64,000 bases of DNA from positions 124,001 through 188,000 of IMG/VR virus record IMGVR_UViG_3300044645_002359. One strand, 5' to 3'. The position numbers were made by a program, and so were the translations under genes. Under the pieces are notes generated by a model. That model did no database searches. It was not told where the DNA came from and saw only the letters and a list, made by a program, of their open reading frames with translations. Of this stretch, positions 46,414 through 57,337 are shown one piece after another; position 1 is the stretch's first letter; each line of letters begins with the position of its first letter.

Positions 46414-49400
46414 GTGTCATTAACTAGAGCTCAACTACTAATGGGAGACAGCGGCCAAGGCCCTGTTTTACCCGGACAAGTCCAAGGGGTTAAAGCAGGA
46501 GCCGGTGTCAATATTGCCTTAGACGGCACCATCACCTTCAACTCCTCTTCGGCGACCGGAGTTGTAAGGACAAATAACCCTGCTGCATATAACTCCTACG
46601 TTTGGCCTGCTGCACCTATAAATGGTGGTCAGCTCTTCGTTAATTCCACCGGAATTCTATCTTGGGGCAGGGTTCCCGGCTTCGGCTTGATGGAGGAAGG
46701 CATAGGCGCAGTTCACTTGAAGGCTGCCCTACCCGTTTCTGCGACTCCACCTACAATCGGGGCAGGGCTAGAGGATGCACCGGAAGGGGGTCTTTATTGG
46801 AATAGCGAGAGCAATCTCTTATTCATAAATTACGGGGGAATTTGGACTCAGGCGAGTTACGGCCCTGCGGATTTAAATAAGGACCTTTTAACAGGAACGT
46901 ACACTCTATACGTGAATCCCCAGATTGGAAGTGATATTTATGTGACCGGGATTTATGACCCTCTTGCAAATCCAGTAGTCACCAACCAAATGGCTACAGC
47001 GGGCTATACTGCTCAAAAACCTTTCAAAACCATTCAAAGGGCCGCACTAGAAGTAGCCAGGATTCAAAGTGGCTTAGGTCAGGATGCTCAGTCATTCGAC
47101 CGTTTTGTGATTAAGTGTGCCGCAGGAGGGTTCGCAGTAGATAACGCTCTCGGTAGTTCGTCTGTTTCGGCCTGGGCGAACGACACCGTTCCTTCTGATG
47201 CCCAATTAAGGGCCATGAATAGCACTGGTTACCCTGGTATCATTCTGCCCAGAGGTGTATCGGTAATTGGAGAGGATCTAAGGAAGACCATTATTAGGCC
47301 CTTGTATGTTCCCCCAAAAACGGGTAATATCGACACAGACCGTGGTTCCATCCTAAGGATCACTGGTGGAGGGTTCTTCTTCAACTTCACTTTCAAGGAC
47401 AAAGAAGGTTTGTCATCTAGTCACCACCTTCTTGATTGTTTTTCGTTCGTCTCTGAAGCAGACTTGGACGATTACTATGCAAAAGTTCAAACAATTTTTT
47501 CTCAGTCTTACCCGGACGTTCCTGTTAACCCTGGCGAAACAGAGATTGTTGCCCCTCAACCACCAGGCACCCCTGAACAAGATACAGACGGAATCTTAGG
47601 AGCTTCCCCGTACATCTTCAACTGTTCTGTGCGTTCGGTTTACGGCCTTTGCGGAATAAACGCAGATGGTGACGATGTAACTGGATTCAAATCCATGGTG
47701 ACAGCCCAGTTTACTGGGGTTAGCTTGCAGAAAGACTTAAGCTGTTGGCAGAAATATAATTCGGGTCCGAAAACTTGGACCAATACCATCGCCAATTATG
47801 ATACATACATTGCGTTGGATCCGAATAATGTTAGGATGGATCCTACGAAAAGAAACTTTCACATTAGGTCCATCAATGGAGCGTTCATACAGGAAGTTTC
47901 TGTATTTGCCATCGGACAAGGAATTCACCACTGGGTGAAATCTGGTGGTGAAGTTTCTATCACAAACTCTAACAGTTCTTTCGGAGGCTGTGCTGCTTTA
48001 GCTGAGGGTTACAAAACAGAAGCATTTCCACAAGACTCGAACTGGAACGTTGCCACGATAAACTTGGCAACAAACATGACGGATCAAACTGCCGTCGTAA
48101 ATAATATTTCTTTAGGTGTTGTAGATGCCGGAGTAGCAGATAATGCTATCACTATCACTCTGACCCAACCGCTAATAGACTCAGAGGTGTACCCCGGTGT
48201 TCCCCAAGTTCTTGCGTCAAAAAATTACACTTTCACTGATGGAAGCTACCTGTGGATTGAAAACCCGAACGGACCGGATTGGAGGGCGCCTTTATCCTCA
48301 GCAGCTTGGAGTTCCTCCAGCCCAACGGACATTGAAATTACTGTCCAAATGGAAAACCAAGATGGTGATTTCCCGGGAGTTGGAGGCAACCCTAGTTTAG
48401 AAGGTAGTAAGGTTTACATCCGCCGCCTTGTAGACAACCGCTCTTTGACTCAAAGACGATATAGCATTAATGTCACCAACACCGATAGCAACACTCGCAC
48501 TCCTTTAAGGGACTATGTAATTCAAACTACCCTGGGCACTGGTGGTGGAGTCGTAGACTTGCTTCCTGAGTCGGACATGGTAATTGTAAACAAGTCGGGT
48601 CCCATCCCAATTGGAACAGACCCGGTTGTTAGGAAGGCTCAAATTATTCTGGAAAGAGCTAATCCTTCTAATGTTTGGACCGCAGGAAATTACTACAGAT
48701 CAGGTGAAACGGTTAAGTATCAAAATAAACACTTCACCTGCGTAGTTAAGAACTCAGATGTTGTTTTTGACCTCGAAAAGTGGAGCCAATCGTATGTCCA
48801 TATGCAATCGGACTACAACGCTTACGACTTTTTCGTCAATGTTGCTCCTGTAATTTATTTCGACAATGATACGGATGGTGACCAACCAACGACAAATTGC
48901 GGCTATGACTTGACTACATGTTGGTTCACTGACCCGAAGATTATTTCTCAGTACACAACAGCAACGGACTATAGAGGTGTTTATCAATTCCTGATTGGTA
49001 TCGGTTTCACTGGCCCTGAAGCTACAGACCTTCTGCTACCCGTAGCAACTGCTGATAGGGAATTAAATCCTGCTTCTAATGTAGACATGAAGGGATATAT
49101 CCCCGATGGAGCAGCAGACTTACTGTCAAACTGGCCCATTGAGTTCAGGCGCCCATCTGTTATACGAATGTTCGGTCATGCTTGGGAATGGGCGGGCTTC
49201 CTCAACTATACGAAAGCACTTCCCCGTTACCAAGGCGACTTGTCCCCGCAGAACCAGTTTACTTATTACTTCACCAACGAACTTGGTGGTAGAGTTTACG
49301 CTACTGGCTTCAACCAAGAGGGGTACTTTGTAACTGCCGCTGGTTTGACTGATTTGAGTACCAATGCGACACTAGGTGTGCAGGATCTTGGTAACCCATT

Positions 49401-50064
49401 CGCCGGGATTGATATTCCTACCTATTTCCCAGAACTTTCCGTAGGAAATTTGACAGTAAATTCTGAGATATCTGGATCTCCGCTATTCTCACCAGGGTGG
49501 TATACGAACTTCCGTGTTGCTAGCCAGACTCAAACTGGAATAACCCGTTATGCTACCAATGCTGAGACAGCCGCAGGTACTGCCACTGACTTAGCCATTT
49601 CTCCGGCAACATTGGCATCAGCTTCGCTATTAGAACCGGGCTTAGTCGTACAAGCAGCATTCTCGTCCGCCCCGACTGGGAGGTTCCTGTATTGCAATGG
49701 GGCTCCAGCATCCAGAACAACTTATTCGGCCCTTTTCGCCAAAATCGGAACAACTTATGGCATTGGGGATGGGTCAACAACCTTTAATTTGCCTGACGGG
49801 AGGGGTTTGACTATTCGTGGTTGGGATGACGGCAGGGGGTTCGACCCTGGGAGGGTGTTCGGTTCCTATCAGGCAGACGGCATTCAGGCCCATACCCATT
49901 CTATATACAATAGTGATACTTCAACATTCCCTTATACTCCAGGGTACATATCCGCACTTTTAGGTACTCAAACGGGTTCTTTTGGAGAGGTAATCTCTTC
50001 ATCATTCGGTGGAACTGAAACCAGAGTTAAGAGTATTGCATGGAAGTTTTTCATCTCCTATTAA
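46414..50064 (+). CDS. Tail fibre protein with C-terminal tail-collar domain
   Basis: LYVNPQIGSD...PFKTIQRA; collar motif FLYCNGAPASRTTYSALFAKIGTTYGIGDGSTTFNLPDGRG; HTH motif. Confidence 0.82.
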   Translation: MSLTRAQLLMGDSGQGPVLPGQVQGVKAGAGVNIALDGTITFNSSSATGVVRTNNPAAYNSYVWPAAPINGGQLFVNSTGILSWGRVPGFGLMEEGIGAVHLKAALPVSATPPTIGAGLEDAPEGGLYWNSESNLLFINYGGIWTQASYGPADLNKDLLTGTYTLYVNPQIGSDIYVTGIYDPLANPVVTNQMATAGYTAQKPFKTIQRAALEVARIQSGLGQDAQSFDRFVIKCAAGGFAVDNALGSSSVSAWANDTVPSDAQLRAMNSTGYPGIILPRGVSVIGEDLRKTIIRPLYVPPKTGNIDTDRGSILRITGGGFFFNFTFKDKEGLSSSHHLLDCFSFVSEADLDDYYAKVQTIFSQSYPDVPVNPGETEIVAPQPPGTPEQDTDGILGASPYIFNCSVRSVYGLCGINADGDDVTGFKSMVTAQFTGVSLQKDLSCWQKYNSGPKTWTNTIANYDTYIALDPNNVRMDPTKRNFHIRSINGAFIQEVSVFAIGQGIHHWVKSGGEVSITNSNSSFGGCAALAEGYKTEAFPQDSNWNVATINLATNMTDQTAVVNNISLGVVDAGVADNAITITLTQPLIDSEVYPGVPQVLASKNYTFTDGSYLWIENPNGPDWRAPLSSAAWSSSSPTDIEITVQMENQDGDFPGVGGNPSLEGSKVYIRRLVDNRSLTQRRYSINVTNTDSNTRTPLRDYVIQTTLGTGGGVVDLLPESDMVIVNKSGPIPIGTDPVVRKAQIILERANPSNVWTAGNYYRSGETVKYQNKHFTCVVKNSDVVFDLEKWSQSYVHMQSDYNAYDFFVNVAPVIYFDNDTDGDQPTTNCGYDLTTCWFTDPKIISQYTTATDYRGVYQFLIGIGFTGPEATDLLLPVATADRELNPASNVDMKGYIPDGAADLLSNWPIEFRRPSVIRMFGHAWEWAGFLNYTKALPRYQGDLSPQNQFTYYFTNELGGRVYATGFNQEGYFVTAAGLTDLSTNATLGVQDLGNPFAGIDIPTYFPELSVGNLTVNSEISGSPLFSPGWYTNFRVASQTQTGITRYATNAETAAGTATDLAISPATLASASLLEPGLVVQAAFSSAPTGRFLYCNGAPASRTTYSALFAKIGTTYGIGDGSTTFNLPDGRGLTIRGWDDGRGFDPGRVFGSYQADGIQAHTHSIYNSDTSTFPYTPGYISALLGTQTGSFGEVISSSFGGTETRVKSIAWKFFISY

Positions 50065-50068
50065 ACAA

Positions 50069-50416
50069 ATGCTCGTATACAACTACCACCCAACCCACGG
50101 GTATTATATCGATTCAGAAGACGCACCCCCATCCCCTGAGGAACCGGGTATTTGGCTTATACCACCGAATTCCACGACTGAGGAACCCCCTGAAACTAAA
50201 GACAATGAGGTAGCTTTTTGGTTGGGAAATGGATGGGTAATCAAGGAGGTGCCACCACAAAAAATTGAAAAAATTTGCCCCCTCCTACGACAACCTTGCA
50301 TAAAAGAACTTTGCGAATGGTTTGTGCCGACTTATGACGAGCCAACTGTTAAATCGACTGCTAAATCAAGTGAAAGTACTGGGAAGTGTTCCGTTCTACT
50401 TTTATTGCCAACTTAA
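50069..50416 (+). CDS. Tail fibre assembly chaperone-like protein
   Basis: MLVYNYHPTHGYYI...WLIPPNSTTEEPP...FWLGNGW Tfa-like N-terminus; follows collar-domain fibre. Confidence 0.65.
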   Translation: MLVYNYHPTHGYYIDSEDAPPSPEEPGIWLIPPNSTTEEPPETKDNEVAFWLGNGWVIKEVPPQKIEKICPLLRQPCIKELCEWFVPTYDEPTVKSTAKSSESTGKCSVLLLLPT

Positions 50417-50513
50417 GCCCCTCTTTCTAATTATACTTAAGGCGTTATCGAAGGCCATTAAACTGGGGCGGGTATAACTCACTATAAGGACTGAAAACGA
50501 ACTCTAAGTCACC

Positions 50514-53500
50514 ATGCCCCAAACAATCCAAATCCTAAGGAGTCTAGAGGCAAAGAAGCGCCCTAACCCCGCAACTCTTTTACCGGGGCAACTGGCTGCT
50601 AACATTGATCCAACAGAACCTGGCTTATACTTCTCTGACACAAGCGGCAACCTCAGGAAAGTTGGCCCTTGTCACATTGGCAGTGAACCACCCAACTCCG
50701 ACGTAGTACCACCTGCATTCGCAGGAAATTGCATTGGAGAGATGTGGTATGATACTGTTGGGGAGGTCCTGAAAATTTGGGATGGAACTATTTGGGTATC
50801 TACCCAAAGTGGGGGTGGTGGTGGAACCGGCGATTTAGGAGACCTTGCTCTTACCAATACTGCTAGCAACCCGTTCCTTATTTTCACAGATTCCAGCGGA
50901 AATCCTCAAAAATTTAATCTTAACGCATCTCTTACTCAAAAGGGACAAGTACAACTTTCCTCCTCTTTGACAGATGTTTCCGAGACGTTAGCAGCCACAC
51001 CGAGGGCAATCAGTCTCTTAAATACCAACATTGGAACCGTAAGTTCAGGTTTAACTACTGCGAACGCAAACATTGCCACCCTACAACAGCAACTTTTAAA
51101 GTTCAGAGATGGCAATAGGATATATGTTTCTAAAAGCATCTATGCCAGTGATAGCAACAACGGGACTTCTCCTGGCGAACCTTTATTAACACTTGGCGCA
51201 GCGGCAGCGGCTGCCCAACCGGGCGATCTAGTTGAAGTTGGTCCTGGCCTTTATACCGAGCCAAGCCTTCCCATTCGTTGGAAGCGTGATGTTGGCATTT
51301 TGGGTAAGGGTCTTCGTAACGCACGGGTACAACCTGCAGCCGGTCAAGAATACAATGACATTTTTAAAGTAGATAGTGGATTCTGGTGCTGGGGACTAGA
51401 ATTCGCTGGCCACCAAGCTGATAGTTCTACCGGACAGCAAGCCTGGGCTATTAGTTTTAATGAGACTGCCGATAATACTTCTTTAGGGGCTGTTGGCCTT
51501 GGGGCGTATATTTTCAAATCACCATACATCCAGAACTGTACCTCCCTAACAGCAGAGGACGATAACGGCAATGCCGGATCCCAGTCAACGGGTGATACTG
51601 GGGGTGGAATCATTGTTGATGGTGCATCTTGTGCTAAAAATAGCCCCATCCGATCAATGGTAGTGGATAGCTTTACACAGGTTAACCTTGGTGGTCCAGG
51701 GTGCCTTGTGAAGAATGATGGTTATGCTCAGTTGGTTTCCTTCTTCGGAACTTTTTGTAACTACCATGTCCGCACTGAGAGTGGGGGTCAAGTAAACCTC
51801 TCGGGTGGTGGTACCAGTGACTTTGGTACATACGGATTAATGGCCGACGGTTACTCTCCATCCCCTTTATATACTGCGAAAGCACGTGTTTCTGCATTCG
51901 GAGCCACAAGAATTGAAAAGGGAGTTACATTTGACATTCCCTCTAACCTGATAACTTGCACTGACTTGTTGGGCCATGGTCTCTCAATTGACGACCAAGT
52001 AATTTTCAATTGTTCACAGGGTACGTTCCCGGACAACATAGTAACAGGGACGGAATACTATGTGATTTCCAGCGGATTTACAACAGTAGATTTCAAAGTT
52101 TCCCTAACTCAGGGGGGATCCCCTGTTGACATTTCCGGAACTGCCACAGGGGCTTACACAGTTATTCGCCAGGGTAATACCGAAGTAGATGTTATAGACT
52201 TGGGTGCCAATAGATTAGGCAGGCAACTCAAATACCCGACTGCAGGGAGCGCAGGAAGTCCCGGAAATGCCGTTACGATCACGGCAAGAGGTGGTTCGAC
52301 CGCAGGATCTAGCTTCACCGTAACCTTAGACACCAGCACTATCAGGCACGAGTACATTGGTGGCGGAACCGTCACCATCGGGGCTAACTCTTACCCCGTC
52401 TCAAGTTGCACCTATGACAACCTAACCGGCTCCACGGTTTTAGCGGCCACAGGTTATGCTCCCACCTTGGGCGCACAAGTGACGATGCAGGATCTGTTCT
52501 TCACTTGTAGTTCCTCCAGCCGCCCTAGCTCTGGTATTTTACTATTCCCCCAACTTCCTTTCCCAAGTGGCGGTGCTACACCATTCACCTACACTAAGAC
52601 AGGCGCCAATACATTCACTTATTTAACCACTGCAACTCCTTCTGGTCCAGAACACGAATATGTTTCAGGAGGTACTGCCGTCATTGGATCGACTAACTAC
52701 GGTGTTGCAGATTGCTCCTACGTTAAAAATACTGGCCTCGTAACGATCACAACGGTTACCCCATTGCCTGGGGCTTCATCCGGAACCGTAACCGTTGAAG
52801 GTCTAAATTTCATTTGCCCAACTTCGGGTTATATTGTTACTGGTAGTGTTCCAATTGACATTAACGGAAACCCTGTGGCATTTGGCGCACCCACTCAAGC
52901 TGGTTACCGAATTAACTTCTATTCAGGTGTTAATGGGGGTCTGAAAAATACGATTGATGCCGACCAAGTCATTGACTTCCGTAATAGAAGCCAGGTTAGT
53001 GCCCCTAGCCACACTTTTGAATATGTAGGGTCCGGTACAAATTACGATGCTTTGCCCTATAATGGAGGGGTTCCCGTACCTGCTAACAAGATAGTTGAAA
53101 CCAACAATGGTAGAGTTTTTAGTAGCAATACCGATGAATTGGGGAACTTTGCTGTTGGGACTCAATTTTATGTCGATGGGACCAACGGGTCAGTAACTAT
53201 TAATACTGATCAGTTTAACCTGAGTGGCCTCAACTTTATCGGTCCATTCAGCCGAAACGGAGGTATAAGCACCGTTGGTGAGCAGCTTCGTGAGATTAGC
53301 AACAACACTAGTTTAATCGCGAGTACTGGAGTTGCAGATGGAAATACTGCACCAACTCAGTTTGCTGTTAAAGAGTACACAGGTAGCCGTTACGTTACGA
53401 ATGTAGCTACCGAACTTGGTGGGCCTTTAAGTGTTACCGGAAATGCCGGTGCCAGCGGTGAGGGTATTTGGAGTTATGTGAAGACTTTATCTATTGCAGC

Positions 53501-55055
53501 AGCAACGACTTCCGCTCGTGGAACCATGAGTGCAGCCGATAAGTTGAAACTTAACAGCATTGCCGATGGGGCAACTGCAAACCAGACTGATGCGTTTTTG
53601 CTGAGTCGTACCAATCATACTGGGACGCAGACGGCGTCAACTATTACCGGGCTAGCTGCAGTGGCCATCAGCGGCAGCGCCACTGACTTGGGCACCGGCA
53701 CGCTCCCGGCTGCCAGGCTTCCAGACACAACAGTAACCGTCGGCAGCTACGGCACAGCCTCTGCAGTGCCTCAGTTCACGGTTGACGCAGCGGGGCGGCT
53801 TACGGCAGCGGCATCCATCGACATTGCCATCGCCTCCACTGCGGTATCTGGCCTTGGCAGCCTAGCCACGCAGTCAGGCACATTTTCTGGCACTAGCAGC
53901 GGTACAAATACAGGCGATAATGCTGTAAATACCCTTTACTCTGGCCTGGTTTCTAATGCTAATCATAGCGGAGACGCTAGTGGCTCCACTGTTTTAACCC
54001 TTGCAACCGTCAACTCAAACGTCGGATCGTTTGGCTCTGCAACTGTTACCCCAATTTTCACCGTTAACGGTAAGGGGCTGATCACTGCTGCTAGCACTTC
54101 CACTATTACACCTGCCGTCGGCAGTATCACCGGCCTAGGAACCGGAATTGCACAAGCCCTAGCCGTCAACACTGGCGCTGAAGGAGCCCCGGTGATCCTA
54201 GGCGGAGCGGGAGGAATTCCTTCAAGCCTCACGCTCACCAACGCCACCGGGTTGCCGTTTGGAACAGGCATAAGTGATAAACCTACAACCCTATCAGGCT
54301 ACGGTATAACAGACGGCTTCACCGAAGCCAACGTCCGATCAACGACTCTCACAGGGTATACCAGTGGCGCCGGGACGATCACGGCTGCAGACACTGTGCT
54401 CACAGCAATCCAAAAGCTTAACGGTAATGCAGCGACGTTCGGTACTGGTAGCGTTACTAGCGTCGGTCTTAGCCTCCCAAATTTGTTCAACGTTACTACT
54501 ACGACGGTCACCACCAGCGGCACCCTGACGGCCAGTCTGAACACGCAGGACGCCAATCTTGTCTGGGCTGGTCCGACCAGCGGTAGTGCAGCGGCCCCGA
54601 CCTTCCGAACCCTGGTGGCGGCCGATTTGCCTTCGACCCCGCAATTCACGAACTTAGGTTTGGGAACCGCCGCTGTGAGCGGCTGGGAGTTGACCGTCGT
54701 AGGCGGAATGGTACAGAGGCGAGAATTGATAAGCCCAGTCAGTGGCGTTTATACGATCGATGTCACATCGGGCAATGAATTTTATCTTGACAACCCTATC
54801 AACGGGGCCACCACAATTAACCTGAGCAACCTAAGCAACATTCCAAATAGTTATCGCTGGACGGGTGTGTTAGAATTTACCTACACTAGCGGCGCGATCT
54901 CGTGGTTTACCGGCAATTCTGGGTGGACCGTGAGTTGGAAAACGCCTACAAAAACAGCAAAAGTTCCAACCTCTGGAAACGTTGAAGAATTCGTAATCCG
55001 TGTGATTGGTTCCTCATTTCGGATTGTTGTGGCACCAACTACGGAGACTAACTGA
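50514..55055 (+). CDS. Long tail fibre/tailspike (1513 aa)
   Basis: ILRSLEAKKRP N-terminus, KGQVQLSS fibre repeat, beta-helix region (SMVVDSFTQVN...YAQLVSFF), Gly/Thr-rich shaft. Confidence 0.8.
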   Translation: MPQTIQILRSLEAKKRPNPATLLPGQLAANIDPTEPGLYFSDTSGNLRKVGPCHIGSEPPNSDVVPPAFAGNCIGEMWYDTVGEVLKIWDGTIWVSTQSGGGGGTGDLGDLALTNTASNPFLIFTDSSGNPQKFNLNASLTQKGQVQLSSSLTDVSETLAATPRAISLLNTNIGTVSSGLTTANANIATLQQQLLKFRDGNRIYVSKSIYASDSNNGTSPGEPLLTLGAAAAAAQPGDLVEVGPGLYTEPSLPIRWKRDVGILGKGLRNARVQPAAGQEYNDIFKVDSGFWCWGLEFAGHQADSSTGQQAWAISFNETADNTSLGAVGLGAYIFKSPYIQNCTSLTAEDDNGNAGSQSTGDTGGGIIVDGASCAKNSPIRSMVVDSFTQVNLGGPGCLVKNDGYAQLVSFFGTFCNYHVRTESGGQVNLSGGGTSDFGTYGLMADGYSPSPLYTAKARVSAFGATRIEKGVTFDIPSNLITCTDLLGHGLSIDDQVIFNCSQGTFPDNIVTGTEYYVISSGFTTVDFKVSLTQGGSPVDISGTATGAYTVIRQGNTEVDVIDLGANRLGRQLKYPTAGSAGSPGNAVTITARGGSTAGSSFTVTLDTSTIRHEYIGGGTVTIGANSYPVSSCTYDNLTGSTVLAATGYAPTLGAQVTMQDLFFTCSSSSRPSSGILLFPQLPFPSGGATPFTYTKTGANTFTYLTTATPSGPEHEYVSGGTAVIGSTNYGVADCSYVKNTGLVTITTVTPLPGASSGTVTVEGLNFICPTSGYIVTGSVPIDINGNPVAFGAPTQAGYRINFYSGVNGGLKNTIDADQVIDFRNRSQVSAPSHTFEYVGSGTNYDALPYNGGVPVPANKIVETNNGRVFSSNTDELGNFAVGTQFYVDGTNGSVTINTDQFNLSGLNFIGPFSRNGGISTVGEQLREISNNTSLIASTGVADGNTAPTQFAVKEYTGSRYVTNVATELGGPLSVTGNAGASGEGIWSYVKTLSIAAATTSARGTMSAADKLKLNSIADGATANQTDAFLLSRTNHTGTQTASTITGLAAVAISGSATDLGTGTLPAARLPDTTVTVGSYGTASAVPQFTVDAAGRLTAAASIDIAIASTAVSGLGSLATQSGTFSGTSSGTNTGDNAVNTLYSGLVSNANHSGDASGSTVLTLATVNSNVGSFGSATVTPIFTVNGKGLITAASTSTITPAVGSITGLGTGIAQALAVNTGAEGAPVILGGAGGIPSSLTLTNATGLPFGTGISDKPTTLSGYGITDGFTEANVRSTTLTGYTSGAGTITAADTVLTAIQKLNGNAATFGTGSVTSVGLSLPNLFNVTTTTVTTSGTLTASLNTQDANLVWAGPTSGSAAAPTFRTLVAADLPSTPQFTNLGLGTAAVSGWELTVVGGMVQRRELISPVSGVYTIDVTSGNEFYLDNPINGATTINLSNLSNIPNSYRWTGVLEFTYTSGAISWFTGNSGWTVSWKTPTKTAKVPTSGNVEEFVIRVIGSSFRIVVAPTTETN

Positions 55056-55057
55056 TC

Positions 55058-56098
55058 ATGCTAGGGCGTAACGCATTACTAATGGCAAACGGTGGGACGG
55101 GTACGCCAGGCTTTGGGGTCAGGTTTAGCAACCCAGCAACTTTGCCGCCCGGAACAGGTTACGGAGTTGCTTTTAGTCCTGATGGGTCCGCTATTGCGGT
55201 TGCTTCTAGTGCTACCGCATACCCTTGGTCGTCATCAGGATTCGGCACTAAATATGCCAACCCTGCAACGCTTCCCGCAAGTTTTGCGTATTGCGTTGCC
55301 TTTAGTCCTTCCGGTGGATCCATCGCTTTTGGCCATTTTTCAAACCCTTTTATCACTGCATACCCCTGGTCATCATCAGGATTTGGCACTAAATATGCGA
55401 ACCCTGCGACGCTGCCAGGAGGCTATGTCCTGGGCGTAGCATTTAGCCCTTCTGGTGATTCTATTGCAGTAGCCGGAAACGGCTCTCCATGGCTTATTGT
55501 TTATGCCTGGTCATCATCAGGATTTGGCACTAAATATGCTAATCCTGCAACATTGCCTACAGGGGTTGGCAATGCGGCTGCCTTTAGCCCTGACGGTGCT
55601 GCAATTGCGGTCTCCCACGTATCGTCTCCCCGTATTACCGCATACCCCTGGTCATCATCAGGATTTGGCACTAAATATGCGAACCCTGCGACGCTGCCCA
55701 CAGGCGACGGCAAAGGTGTTGCTTTTAGTCCTGATGGTAGTGCCTTGGCGACTATCCATTTTTCAAGCCCTTTTATCACCGCATACCCTTGGTCATCATC
55801 AGGGTTTGGGGTTAAATATAATAATCCGGCAACATTGCCGGTTATGTCAATAGCCACCACGCCCGCCATGGGGGTTGCGTTCAGTCCGGACGGGAGAGCC
55901 CTTGCGGTTGCGCACAATAACTCCCCACATATCACCGCATACCCTTGGTCGTCATCAGGCTTTGGTGCTAAATACAACGACCCGATCACTTTGCCGCCGA
56001 ATGATGGCCTTGGCGTTGCCTTTAGTCCTGATAATAGCGCTTTGGCGGTTGCTCACGCAGACAGCCCGTTCCTCTCTGTTTACACTTTCACCACATGA
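55058..56098 (+). CDS. Seven-bladed beta-propeller (WD40-like) protein, likely receptor-binding/fibre tip
   Basis: Seven ~47 aa repeats VAFSPDG..IAV.H...P.ITAYPWSSSGFGTKYANPATLP. Confidence 0.75.
   Translation: MLGRNALLMANGGTGTPGFGVRFSNPATLPPGTGYGVAFSPDGSAIAVASSATAYPWSSSGFGTKYANPATLPASFAYCVAFSPSGGSIAFGHFSNPFITAYPWSSSGFGTKYANPATLPGGYVLGVAFSPSGDSIAVAGNGSPWLIVYAWSSSGFGTKYANPATLPTGVGNAAAFSPDGAAIAVSHVSSPRITAYPWSSSGFGTKYANPATLPTGDGKGVAFSPDGSALATIHFSSPFITAYPWSSSGFGVKYNNPATLPVMSIATTPAMGVAFSPDGRALAVAHNNSPHITAYPWSSSGFGAKYNDPITLPPNDGLGVAFSPDNSALAVAHADSPFLSVYTFTT
55120..56090 (+). repeat. Coding tandem repeat, 141 bp period
   Basis: Anchor TAC/TAT-(C/G)CN-TGGTC at 55220, 55361, 55502, 55643, 55784, 55940. 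Confidence 0.85.
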
Positions 56099-56355
56099 AC
56101 AGCAAGCTCCCCATCCTCGCCCCCGCCCTTGAAGGCCGCGATGCCGAACTTCTCGGCTACCAGGTCAATATCGATAACTATGTCTTAGCGATTGCTAAGA
56201 TTGAACAAGACTACGCTGACAATGACGATCTCATTGCATTCCGTGACGACCTCCAAACCCGACTAGACGAGGAGCGCCGCCAGCAACTGCGCTGCCAGGT
56301 CATCCGCGATGTAATCGCCGAGCAGGTCGCTCAACTCACCATTGAAGCCGAATGA
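56095..56355 (+). CDS. Small helical protein of fibre-tip module
   Basis: 86 aa, ATGA-coupled on both sides. Confidence 0.6.
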   Translation: MNSKLPILAPALEGRDAELLGYQVNIDNYVLAIAKIEQDYADNDDLIAFRDDLQTRLDEERRQQLRCQVIRDVIAEQVAQLTIEAE

Positions 56356-57266
56356 ACCTAATCAACCTCCTCACCAACGCCTACCCCGTCAGCCTCTACG
56401 AGGTGCGCCAGGCCAACCCCAACGTTTCCTTTCCCGTCAACCCCACCGACGAGGATCTAGCACCGTTCGGCTATGCCAATGTCTATCCTACCTTACAACC
56501 CACTGAGTACGATCCACGCACACAGCGCATCGAAGAGGCAACTCCAGAGCCCGATCCCGAGGGTATCTATCAGCAGCAGTGGACAATCCGCGAAGCTACC
56601 GAACAAGAAATTGCGGCCTATGATGAAGCTAACCGCCCTGCCCCTAATTACTCAGGATTCTATAACGACCTGATCGCCAATCCGATCTACACAGCAATCA
56701 GCATGAGGGCAGCATTATTTCAACCCCTACTTGCTGCATCGACAGAATTTATTGCGGCATTTGCCGATGCCAAGGCTGGCAACCCGAATCCTGACGCCAT
56801 CCGTATGACAGTCTGGAGGTTGTTTTATTGGTTAAAACCATCTGTCGATGAAGTGGCGGCAATTCAGACAATGCTTGAAGACAATAACCTAGCCGATTTA
56901 TATTCATTGGAAATACCAGTCCCGGTCTTAGAGGCATTCAATTCACTACCTAATCCATTCCTTTTCTATCAAGGTGTGTTGGGTAGTAACTTATATCAGA
57001 GGAAGTTGGTTCAGCTTATTCTTTCCGGTGCAAGTTCAGTTCCCGGCGATGCGACAACGATAATGGGGTTTGCCATTAAGGACGCCCAGGCTGGATTAGT
57101 TCCTCCGCCAGTTGTTGGCGCCCCCCCAAATAGTCTCCAATCCGCAATCTGGCTATTTATGGCTGCTGTGGGGTCATTGATTGATGAGGATGATGTGGCT
57201 GAACTTCAGACTTTACTGGATGCTGCTAATCTATCGGGGATGTATTCGCTGTTGCCACCAACATGA
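56352..57266 (+). CDS. Putative tail fibre assembly/accessory protein
   Basis: YPVSLYEVRQANPNVSFP...YQQQWTIREAT N-terminal domain; duplicated C-terminal PN...FY helical unit. Confidence 0.55.
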   Translation: MNLINLLTNAYPVSLYEVRQANPNVSFPVNPTDEDLAPFGYANVYPTLQPTEYDPRTQRIEEATPEPDPEGIYQQQWTIREATEQEIAAYDEANRPAPNYSGFYNDLIANPIYTAISMRAALFQPLLAASTEFIAAFADAKAGNPNPDAIRMTVWRLFYWLKPSVDEVAAIQTMLEDNNLADLYSLEIPVPVLEAFNSLPNPFLFYQGVLGSNLYQRKLVQLILSGASSVPGDATTIMGFAIKDAQAGLVPPPVVGAPPNSLQSAIWLFMAAVGSLIDEDDVAELQTLLDAANLSGMYSLLPPT

Positions 57267-57337
57267 TTATGTAGGGAAGGTGTTAAACTCTCGGCAAAGC
57301 TTCTCCTTTCACCCACCGTACCCTTAGTCAAAGATAT

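Noticed and set aside
55120-56090. Possible CRISPR array or diversity-generating retroelement
   Set aside because: Repeats are in-frame 141-bp coding units with synonymous variation; no spacer structure, no adenine-specific template/variable pair and no reverse transcriptase in the window.
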